A stretch of 64,000 nucleotides of DNA from Phoronis australis (Eukaryota > Animalia > Phoronida): positions 49,109 to 113,108 of the forward strand of contig NMRA01000624.1 in assembly GCA_002633005.1 (NCBI GenBank), given 5' to 3'. Both the position numbers and the translations under genes were made by a program. Below are positions 26,401-38,500 of this stretch, in pieces; the first letter of the stretch is position 1; the number at the start of each line of letters is the position of its first letter. Below the pieces are notes generated by a model. The model was given only the letters and a program-made list of their open reading frames with translations, did not search any database and was not told where the DNA came from.

Positions 26401-29400
26401 ATTTGCTTTTTGCAAGACGTGCCGCGGTTTTTATTTTGATATTGATATCCCTCCATGGAAAAGAGTTGATTACAGAAGAAAATTCTTCATCTTTCGTGTT
26501 TCTTTACGCGTAGCTATTCTAAGGAATAAGTCATTAAGTCCTGTTTCAGCCACAACCAATCTTCTGACCACAACTGAAGGTAAGTCGAACTGTTTGCCAA
26601 ATTGTCAAGTTGAGAGTTTGCGCGTTGTTGTCCCTTGTTACTGAGATAGAAACCTTTGAAAGTCCCAGTTATGTCGTGAAGTCCATTTCACTTGCAGTAT
26701 GCAGAACCGAGATTCTCTACCACTATACATTATACAATTTTTTGCAATCGAGGTTCAATTCATTTTTAGTTAAATTTTGAGGCTTTAGTAAATTCAATCC
26801 AAATTGTTGATATATTGATTTATTTATTTATTAATTTGATATATATATTTATTATCATCACTACAAAGTTGGTAGTTGGGATGCCAAATATTGATTCTTC
26901 TGAAATATGTTATTTAGATAGATTTGTTGAAGTGGAACATACAACCAAAACGCCAGTTAGTTTTTCGCTAAATTTCAACGAACTTTGTTTCTCAAGATTC
27001 CTTAGACTTTGCTAATATTGCTATTTTACTGATGGACTAAAATTACTTCTACCGTAGTGCAAGCTCTCTTTCGCTAATATAAGAAATTGGGATAATCCAT
27101 TTGTAGAATGAAAACAGAGCGATTGCACATTAAATTAATGAATTTTGCAACCGCATGGTCTTATTATAACAGCGTATTTCACGTTTTATTTGCTTTTCCC
27201 GTGGCATATGAGTTAGTAAGAAGCTGTACTGCTTAATAAATGTTTTTATTTAATCCAAAGAACCCTGTGAAGACAAGATTGATTGCTCTAGGTACAGTAG
27301 AGCTTCGTGCGTTGGGGAATTCGAAAGGTGGGCCAGAGATAAGTGTGCCAAATTTTGCGGATACTGTACTGCAAGAGGTAAGTTAATGCACACGTAGTTT
27401 AATCCGTGGCAGTTTTCTTTATATAACACATATACATGCATATGTGCTTGTTTTTTAGAAAAGCAGTGGAGATTTATGGAAATTTATACTTTTTGCAGAT
27501 CTCCAATACTTAAACAATCTATCAAAGACTTTTTTAAGATATACCTCTAGGGATTCGTGTTTAACGTAATTCCTAACTAACGCACACATGTATTCATTTG
27601 ATTTACAATATTCTAGAAGTTGCCGTTAAAGTAACATCTATCTCATCAATCGCCAATACCTGGTAATATTATATGCGTTTTCACACCAGCAGAAAGGTGG
27701 GCCAGTTTACGTGCTTTGCTGTTTGCGTTATTTGGATCTTGCCGATTTTGAAGTCGATATCCTTCGCTGTGAAAGAGGTTATTTCAATAGAAAGTTGTTA
27801 AACACCAAGATCTTTTCCGTGTTTCTTATCCACATGACTATTCTAATGTACAAGTTACATGTATAAAGTCGTGTTTCAGCTACAATCAATCTAGGGACCA
27901 CAACTGAAGGTAAGTAATTAAAAACTATTTGCCAACTTGCCAAGTTGAGTGGATACGGCTCGTAAATTCTTGTTACTGCTACAGAAACTTCTAAAAGAAA
28001 ATCTTTTACTAGCACAATTTTCTCTTATACAATCAGGTATAGTACAGCATAGTTTTAAACGTGTTCTTACTAAAATGTCCCAAATAAACCCACCCGTGCC
28101 ATATGAGTTAGAAAGGAGTGGCGCTGGTTAATGAATGTTTCTATTTGTTTCAAAGAACCTTGTGAAGACAAGACTGATTGCTCTAGCTACAGCCAAGCTT
28201 CGTGCTTGGGGAAATACGAAACCTGGGCCAGAAATAAGTGTGCCAAATTCTGCGGGTACTGTACTGCAAGAGGTAAGTTAATGCACATGCAATCTAATCC
28301 GTGGGAATTTTTATTCACATTATACAGGTACTTGTTTCTCGGTAATTGAGTGAAGAGATTAATTGTATTTAAACACGTTGCAGATTCACAATATGTAAAC
28401 AATCTCTCATAAGACTTTTTAGGTATACCATTAGTGCTTCGTTTTTAACATAATTTCTGACTAACAAACACATGTAGACCTTTCATTTCCAATATTCCAG
28501 ATGTTTCGTTACTTACCATCTTTTATCATTTTATCACTATTACCTGAAACACTGCAGATTCGATTGTGAAATCGGTATCCCACGGTGAAAAGAGTTAATT
28601 ACAATACAAAATTGTTAATCTCCACGACTTTTTGTGTTTCTTGGGCACGTACCTACTCTAATGAATAAGTCATAGAGTCGTGTTTCAGCCGCAACCAATC
28701 TTGTGACCACTACTGAAGGTAAGTCAAACTCTTTGCCAGCTTGCCAGGTTGAGTTGGTTCAGGTAATTTCGTATTACTGAGATAGAATCTTCTCAAAAAT
28801 ATCTTTCACTGTCACAAGTTCCTCTCATGCAATCATGTAAAGTACAAGTCGTTACTTAAATGGTCCTAAATTAACCTTCTCGTGCTGTATGAGTTAGCAA
28901 CAAGCCGTGTTGCTTATTAAACTTTTCTACATGTATATGTTTCAAAAACATTGTGCAGGCAAGATTCATTGCTCTAGCTACAGTAGAGCGTCATGCTTTG
29001 GGGAATACGAAAGCTGGGCCAGAGACAATTTCTACAGATACCGTAATGCAAGCTTTAGTTTAATGCACACGTAATTAAACCTGTGGCATTTTTACAAACA
29101 CAAGTACTTGTTTTGACTATGTGTATACTCTTTACATATTCGCAATACTTGCAATATTGAAATAATCTCTCAAAAGATTTTTAGCTATACCGTTCATGTT
29201 TGATATAATTCCTGAGTGACTCACACCTGCAGATCTTTCATTCACAATATTGCAGAAGTTGTTTAACAGACCTCTTCCATTGATAGTCATTGAATGATAA
29301 TATTCCAATTCTTACTAACTGTAACGTGGGGCCAATTTACGCGTTTCATTGTTTTTGTTGTTAAGATCATTTCGACAGATTTGTTTTTCGCAAGTCCTGT

Positions 29401-32400
29401 TTCGGATTCGATCATCCTATCAATGTTCTATTATGTAAAAGAGGTTACTATATTAGAATTTCTTAAAATCCCAAGAACCTTTTCGTTAGTGTTCCTTATT
29501 CACCTACAGATGTAGGTATCAAAGAATAAGTTATACATGTATAGAATCGTATTTCAGCCACAGCAAATCATGTGGACTCAAATTGCCAAGTTGAGTGGGT
29601 GAGGGTTGTCATTTCATGTTATTGAGAAAGGAACTCCTGAGAGAATGTATTTCACTGGCATAATCTTCTCCCATACTATCATATAGAGTAAAAGTTGGGG
29701 CGTGTTAACACCAACGGGTGCATAAATTAACTTATAGCAATTTTTTCACGCGCAATTCTCTTTTAAAAATCACATTGCGTCGTGAAATGCCAAACTTACA
29801 TGTAACTAAAGCATTATACTGAGACTGAACTTACACTATCATTATACAAGTCACCGTTTTCGTGCAATCGACGTACAAAGTGGTTCTCGTTTAAAAAGAA
29901 GCGTATTGTTTTGGGACGAAATCAGTATCAAGTTGTCAAGGTGGCAGCCTTTTTATTTTTTCTGAATCATGCTTTGTAGATACGTTTAGGTATCGTGGAG
30001 TGCTACCTTATAAAAGTTTATCACTACAGCTTTTCTTAGTCAGGTTATTCAAGAATTTATGATGTACGTTCTTTTAAATAGTTCAAACCATACATTTTTT
30101 GTATTTTTTGAGGTTTCATTTATCTAATTGTGAAATGAATACCGTAATATCTAAATAATTCCAAGAGGATGATTTAACTTCATTTTTACTTATGTCTGAG
30201 ATTTTTACACTTCTACATCTATTTAAAATTATGGCTAAGTCAGTTTTCTCGAAACGGTCCCCTGAACTACATGTTTCAGCTCTTTAGTATGATGTTTGAA
30301 TTTATAAATGTTCTTAAATAGTGCACAGTACATTTCTTTTTATTTTAAAAAATATAAAATTATCAGTTCCGTAAAGTCCCACTGGGAGCGCTGTTTCTCG
30401 CGACGTCAGCAGGCTGCACAGTACAGACATAGCTCCTTGGCCGTGCAAGTTTATTTAGTTCCACTCAACTGATCAACCTTTGCATAATCGCCACCTTTTT
30501 GTATTTCTTACCTGTTCCGTTTGCCCTTTCCTGGGCCTATCTAGCCATCTAGGTACATGAAGACTGTCGTCAAAAGACAGCTAGGTACCACTGTTTGTTG
30601 AGCTCTGTTAGACCCCAAAATGTGGCACAGCCGCGTAGTTCTGCTGGTCACCTAGCTGGTTGTGAAATTTATATCAAGATGTAGAGCTCAGGGGCGGATA
30701 CAACGTTTGTTATATTTTATGTTGCTAGTCCTCTCTTAAAATGTAAGCAGTTACTAGATTTTATGTAATTGTTACAATTTACATCGAATGCCCATGCGAG
30801 AAATGTACTATTGTTGCATGATGTCAAAACTGTCTGAAATAATAGTTAACACAACAGATCAAACAGTGACGCCTATACTCAAAGATGGGAGGCCTAGCTG
30901 GGGAAACACAAATAAATAAAGACAATGGTTGGATATTCTAGTATTAATGGACGTAAAGCCGCGTGTCTCATTATAGGCACCATTTCTGTGTATCAGTTCG
31001 CTGCCAACAACACGCGTGGTTGTAGGCAGATAAGGAAATTTGGAATATTAACTTTTTCGCTACATCGCATGAATACACAAAACGTACCGAGAGTGGCGTT
31101 GATTAAATAATACTCCACGTGACATTATTCCGCGTATCGACCGAGACTAAAGGTCGAAGTCTATACGCGAAATCATGTCGAATGGGGTATTACTTCATCT
31201 ACGCCAATCGAGGTAGATTTTGTATTTATCCCATACGCATCAAATTCCTAAGGTTCTTTCATTTTTTCGCCAGATTTTTCAAATACTTCACTCAGACTGG
31301 TCACGTGGCAGATCACAGTCTACATCTATGTACTTGCACGTTAGGTTGCAAGTTTTCTCTAGTAAAAGAAACATTTTTAAAAGTAACGAACGGATTAATT
31401 ACTTGAAAAGAGATAACAAAGAAGAAAGCAACGTTAACTGTGCATTGACCTTGTAACATTTCCTGAAAATAGTTAAATAACAACTATATATCATGTTGTA
31501 GTTATCGAGGAATCGGCGCCTGTAGTCGATGTAATATTAGCATTTGAAAACTGAGACAGAACTGTCATATACCCGATAATTGACAGTCCTGTTCTGGATC
31601 TTACGACTGAGACCTGATTGCATGTTAAGTGTTACTCACACTGTTCAATTGCATTACCTTAAACTATTTCCTGAAATTCGATGATCGAACCACCTATCAT
31701 CTTCGAGTCGACATTGACCTACTGATGTCGGTGGTCGACGTTGAAGTAATGCGGGAGGTGAATACGGAAAACATTATCATGTGGCCGTATTTCCCTCGAC
31801 TGATTGAACGCGTATGGGATAAAAAGCGCATATTAACCATCGCTGACTTCGACGTTAGCCGTTTTTGTTCCTCACCACCCAATTTCAGTGATAACTAGTT
31901 CAAATTATTGAATAAGGGTGCCCGATCCACATAAAATTGTTGCGTAGTTTGTATGTCCGTTACCAGCTACTCTAATGTCCCAGGGACCTCAGCCTTAACT
32001 GTCTAGTCGCTATATATACCTTCACAATTCAAATTAAGGCAATTTTTGAGCTTACATCGTGGAACAAGCCCCAGTTTCTTGAAAAGGAATGTTTTCAACA
32101 AGAGACAAAATGATAACACGTTGGGTATCCTCACGCTTAGATTAAGTCGCAAGTAAAACATTGCAGTCTGAATTCAGTTCTTCTTGGCAAACTACAGAAG
32201 TATATAACTATATTTTATAGATTAGAAATGATCAATATTTGAAATGTGCACGTCTATACAACATTTTTAATCTCAACTCCCTCGTTTCCAAAAAGTAATC
32301 CTACTCTGCATCCACAGCTGTCATGACGTTTCTCATAGTATCGTTAAGGCTGTACATACATGTAGGAACCTCTTTAAGCACTCACTGTCCAATATGGGAA

Positions 32401-32532
32401 ACCTGGTGCAAATGTTGTACCATAAACGAGATGATTTTAAAATATTTAAGGACCATGATACCATGATGCATTAGCACTTTGCCCACATATGCATTACCTA
32501 TATTACATTGTCTCCTTGTTGAATAATTTTTA

Positions 32533-32564
<32 letters not shown>

Positions 32565-35500
32565 TAAAAATTACGAGTAATAGTAGAGGAAATAGTAATA
32601 GTAGTAATAGCATTAGTAGTAGTAATGGTAGTATAGAGTAGCAGTAATAGTATTGTAATAGTAATAAAAATGATAAAGGGCATACCTATAGAAGAGCTAT
32701 ACGAAAAGTGCCGCCCAAAAGGGTGTTTTTTAACAACAACAACAAATCTCCAGAATGGTGCCATTTTCAACAAACTACTATTTAAAAGGGTGTCTTTTTG
32801 AATTTCTGGAACTGAACTGTGCGAAAATGGGAATTTTTATACACAATTAATCTATAAACGGGTCACATTACCTTCACGGACAGTGTAGCCTCATCTACAT
32901 CAGACGGGTGTTAGACAATAGGAATTAACATTGGAAACAAAATAAAAAAGATGCGATTTCTGACATACTAGTGCATGCTTTTGTATTTCGGTGACCTTTT
33001 AAGTTACGATGACTTCTTAATGAAGTTGAGGTAATCTCCTTCTAGGTTGACACTAAGGTGGCTTTGGATTGGTGTGTGTCGTGAACAAGACTTTAAGTTA
33101 AGGTGACCTTACGATTAACTGATTTTAGTTAGTCACCCCAGTGCCCGAGATGTAGTCAGCGGAACCGAACTCTAACTCAACCAATAGTTACTATAGGCCT
33201 GTCTCCTACTAAAATTTTAATTTTTAATATTCGGGGATCGGTTGTGTATCTATTTGGCCGTTTGTTCGAATTGATATATTTTGTCTGAATTATCAATAGA
33301 TTGATCGTGTAACAATCAATTGATGACGTTTCCCAGGATTGCGACTGTGTGTGGACCGACGAACGAACTGCCATACTTACAATGACAGTATGTGCACCGA
33401 GTATGAAAGTTGGGCGATGATTAACTGTGAAGCTTATTGCGGCTTTTGCATAGGGCCGTCGTCAACGACAGGTAATTTTGTTTCATTCTTTCCTTTACGT
33501 GTATGTCTCGTATTCACTGCACTTTCACTTTGCAGTAGTTTTAATTGGTACAATCTTAAAAGTACTTATTTGATATAACTATCTTAACTTATATTTATAA
33601 AACAAAAATGGTGTTTTAAAAGAAATGTTCAGTTTGGCATTGAAATTGTTTTTTTGTGAATAGTAAAAACATTTTCACATTGGAATGAAAATGAAAATCC
33701 AAGGCGGACCATCGCTGTCATACCATCCCAACACTACAACTGACCCGCTTATAAGGAATTAGGACCACTGAAAGTGTTTGCACATTTTAGAAGCTACAAC
33801 AGTAACTATTTTGAAGATGGCAATGGAGAGATGGAAGAACTAAGAACTGTTAAGGGAAAGGGAGGGCTGGGATGAAAAAAAATGTTGTATTCTTGACAAA
33901 TGCACTATTATCGTGCGACAATTGGCAAGTGAGGCTGAGGGAAAAGCACAAAATTGCGTCCGTGTCGAACCAGAGAGATTTCGTGTTTTTTGACTGAGTA
34001 CAGGAAATAAGTTAAGATAATATTAAGGAAGCCTCCATAAATCATAACAAAATCCAGAAACGTGGTTTGTCACGTCCTTTTCGGGGGGGAGGGGGTAGGG
34101 TCCATCGTGCATTTCACTTGCCCAATTCCCCGACAAAATGATAATTTACCAGTACATGGCCCTTTTTATCAGCCTACACTTGAGGCCGAGATTCGACCTC
34201 TTAAGATGCTGCATCATCGTTGGAACCAGGCAAATTTTACACCAAAAGTTGATATGTTCGCGACAAGTTCACATTTTGTCGTATTATCAAACACGATACC
34301 AATTTCTAGTCCATACAAACTCATACTTCTAACTTCAACAGAATGAAATGGTCCAGCCAGCCGAACACGTGACATAGCTGTCTAAAAGCTATCGTTCCCG
34401 AGACATTGTAGGATTGTGGGGGTAATTTTGGCTGGTAGATGTTTCAGCTTTTAATTTCACATGATAATAACTAAATATAATAAAATGAAAGTAATTTGAA
34501 CTTGAAACCAAAAACCAAAGAAAATTCTTAATTGGATTAAATTTGAATTACCAACGATAAAAATATAAATTGAACTCAAAATGTAAAAAATAAAAATAGT
34601 AAGTAAAAATCTCCATGGCGGCGATTGTTCGTCAGGCATATTGCGGTTAGCGCGTGCGTTTGGCAATACGGTTATTCTCGCGTAGGTGACCGAAGCTTGG
34701 CCTGGGGGGATTTTTTTCGAAGCTGTAAAAACAGACCGTGGGGAAAATTTTCAGTGGTTTTGTCTGATTATGTTAGGATTTGTCTTGGGTTAACCATTAT
34801 GCTCCCTATATGCGAGTCGTGTTCCCAGTATCAGCCACGAGCTTTGGTACGATTCAAGCATGATTTTTCGCCGATTGGTCGTTCAAAAGTTACGTACATG
34901 TATGGTGAAGTCAGTAATCAATAGACACGATGAAAAAAAATATATCCTTCAATGCATGCGTGTCTGTGGGCTTAGGCTATTTTAAAGCTGTTTTGATTCC
35001 ATAAAACTCTGTTCGAAACGACGAAGCTCCGATTTGGAAATAAATGTTTCTCAAGGTTATCTTGATTTTGATAGCTAAATTACACGTTTATTGATGAAAA
35101 ACATCAACATACGGTGTCATAGCATACCCCAGTCGTTAATTAAGTAGGCCTTTTACAATGCAGTATCCCCACCACGAACCCCTTTTAGCGCCAAAACAAC
35201 TTGAGATGGCATTTGCACTAAGCGAAGTCTATGACATCATCGTTACAACGAATTTGGCTTAATGGGATCAGCAAGGACTGGACTTTTAATTTAGTGCAAA
35301 GTACATGAAAAATCAAGCAAACACATTATTTGTTCATTTTAGGCCAATTATTATTAATATCGATCAAAATCATTACATTTTGATTTTTTTGATTATTTAG
35401 CACCCGTACTAATACGGGCGCGTAAAGCCTTTATCTCTTAAGTTACTTTGTACACACTACGCATTCACGACTGATCTGATAAAATTTGACGTCTTTCCTG

Positions 35501-38500
35501 ACACATTAGTTCAATTTTGAGTCAGTGGACCCACTGTTTTCCATTGTGTCAAGTTTTCTCATGATGTCCACAACTATCACCGTAGTCGGCGTCGTCGTTT
35601 CCGTCAAAACTCATTATCATTCGCCACGTGTCGGCATTTTTATCACTTACATTACATGCCAGTCGGTGCATGTAATTATTAATTAGACATTATGCATTCG
35701 CGGTAGCATTAGACTAGTTATAAGGCATGTCTACCATTATAGACGTTATAAACACAATCAACTAAGGATTATATAAAAAATATTCATCACGTATTAACCG
35801 TTTTCTTGTTTTGGTCATGTATACCAATTAACCTGCGTAAAGTTACTGTGAATTAAATGCAGATACACCTGTAGCGTGATTGGTCGCTCTGAGCAACAGT
35901 ATTTTTTGGACCCTTTATTCCATTTTCATCACTGCGTCCATTTTCAATATGCCCGTTACAATGAAAATACAATAATGATGCTTATAAGAAGATGATGGCG
36001 AACAAGACTGAGAATTACAAGGAACTCGAAAACAATAATATCCGCAATCTCATATATGTACTGTATACTATAAAATGAATTCAACAATACGTTTATTTGT
36101 AAGTAATCTCACAATGCTAGTGGTATTTTCAACAGTTCAAAGAAGGTGGTACTAAGGCGACCACGAGGCCACACTTAGTCTCATTTCCAGAATTAATTTT
36201 CCGCGTAACATGACATAATGTTAACACTTTCCAAAAGAAAAATCATGACAGCATCCAATGCCTCGCATTGTACATGTATATTCAGAAGGCTATAGCCTTA
36301 AGAGAAGACCTGCACTCCGTGTAAATATTCTGAATATACGTTTGAATTTCTGTATTTATGTATGAGTAGGCAAAGTCTACGATGTACAATAAACATTATT
36401 ATTATTATAATTAACACTTTCGGGCTTTTACAGAACAGCTGTAATTATTTCCGGGTAAATGTTCTCGTTTCAGTTGCCACAACAGCTACGGAAAGTACAT
36501 GTAAGTACATGGGTGTACTCCTACTTTTATCAACGTCGTAATATGGCTCAATTCTTTTAATGCGTGGAAGTAATTTGGTTCTTGTTAAATTACTTTTTAA
36601 CGAATACGTAGCCGTGCCATTCATGTTCTTAATTGCTCCACAGCTTGCACGCAACCTGTCACAACTCTCACCTGATTGGTATAAAACATGTAGGCTGAAC
36701 GTAGCACGAGAGCTGGTGACATTTATTGCGGAAACCAAGCGCACAATGGCGCTGTGGCAGTTATTTTTATTTCTCGGAGCAGCAGTTCCCCTGGCGTTTG
36801 AAAACAATAATTTTGGAAACTTCTTCGAGCACTATCTGGGATACGCTCTTCGATTTTCGCCGTTACTTACAGTTCTCGACATATTTGAGATGCTACGGTG
36901 GATACTCATTTATGGATTATTCTTGGGTTCACTGTTGTTGGTTTGCTAGCAATTAATAGAGATATGTGTACTACCAAATGCCAAATTCAGAGCTCAAACG
37001 AAGACAATCAACTAATGATTTGATAAAATAACTACCCATGGTCACATGTTATCGTTTAACCTGCGAGATCCACGCTTACGCCCGCCCCATGGTTATCGCC
37101 TATGGGAATCTATGGGAGTGTTTTTTTTCTTTTTTTTACGTCTGTTGAATGTAACAATACAGGTCGCACAGATATCGTGCCTTGTGCGCACATCAGCCTG
37201 TTAGCGATGCTTACCCATGGGCGGCGCAGCATAGGGGCTAGGAGGGCTAAAGCCCCCACTTTTCTCAGTGCTGCGACGGACATGTTCTATAGATGGTGCA
37301 CCACAGGGGGGTGAGGGGGCTTTAGCAACCCCAACTTTTTCAGTGCCGCCCATGTTACCGTGCTGTTTATTATAAGAAAGAAAAATGTGAACGACGTATG
37401 CGCTGGTCTATAGATATAGGACGAGTCTGCGACCAGTAGCTTCCCGTGGGTTTCAAGTATGTGTTTACTCATCTTGGTCTTGAATACCAATGAAACAACG
37501 GTGTGGGGACCAGTATTACGTATTTGGACTGGTCATGAGGAGTATGGCGTCGTCATGAGCAAAAGGCGTAATTTATGAGATTGTTTACGTCACTTCACAT
37601 GACTTTTTGGCATGCACTAAGTGAAATGGTAGTGGTTGAACGTGACCTTAATTAGGGTCCTTATAGTGACTGTTCTCAAGAGATTTTGCTGATTGTTTAC
37701 ACAACGATATATTCCGAGTTTCATCATTTTCACATTAATTTGTTCTTGTTTGGCTGAGTACCATCATGTAACCATAGACAACGCGCATGAGAAGTAGACT
37801 TGATACCTCATCTCAGAATATTTGTACGGACTCGTCATAGTCGAGTTTGCGTGAGTGTCCGAACTCGTCATGAGCAACTGTACGATTTCGCTTTGAGCCT
37901 TTGATTTTTTCAAGTCTGCATCGATACCTACATGTACAGAATTAATCTTCACATGACCACATTTACTTTCAAAGTAATAAACAATGTCAACAATGACTCT
38001 TTAAAAATATTTGATCTATACACTAGGCAAGGCCATCGTAGTGGTTTGAGATCCTCCACCCTATATGAAATTCCTCCGTCGTTCAGTCAGGCATTCAGAA
38101 GGTCTACAGTTATGATGTGCATCCACAACTCTGTTAAAGAAAGCAACTCTTATTGCGAGTATAAAAATAAGTTTTGGAACTGTTTTTCATAATTTTGACA
38201 ACTCAACACCCTAGACTCAATTATCCCTTCCCCGCGATAACGAAAAAAGCATTGTACAGATATAGATGCGGTCTTTTCTTCAACTGCGACAATAGGAATT
38301 AACATTTGAAACAAAATAAAAAGGTGCGATTTATGACTAACACTAGTGCATGTTTTTATATTTCGGTGACCTTTTAAGTTACGATGACTTCTTAATGAAG
38401 TTGAGGTAATCTCCTTCTAGGTTGACACTTCGGATTTATGTGTATCGTGAGCAAGAATTTAAATTAAGGTGACCTTACGATTAACTGATTTGAGTTAGTC

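Larger units (their letters stand above)
20400..29760 (+). repeat. Tandem array of (microexon + ShKT exon + introns) units
   Basis: ShKT exon starts are spaced 1363, 1359, 1347, 1341, 895 and about 790 bp apart; introns align along their length, most closely in the centre. Confidence 0.95.

Noticed and set aside
21840-28402. Repeated minus-strand ORFs (QYPQNLAHL..., MSSQGSLYK...)
   Set aside because: Antisense shadows of the + strand ShKT exons; splice signals and conserved cysteines are on the + strand
20400-29760. CRISPR-like or satellite interpretation of the periodic repeats
   Set aside because: Units are 0.8-1.36 kb and contain spliceable exons; no short repeat with unique spacers, no cas genes, and the DNA is eukaryotic
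32498-32773. Hydrophobic poly-Tyr/Thr/Ile ORF
   Set aside because: Translation of a TAA/TAG microsatellite
33130-33175. B-box-like sequence suggesting a tRNA or SINE (also at about 38495-38543)
   Set aside because: No cloverleaf or A-box found; at most a SINE relic
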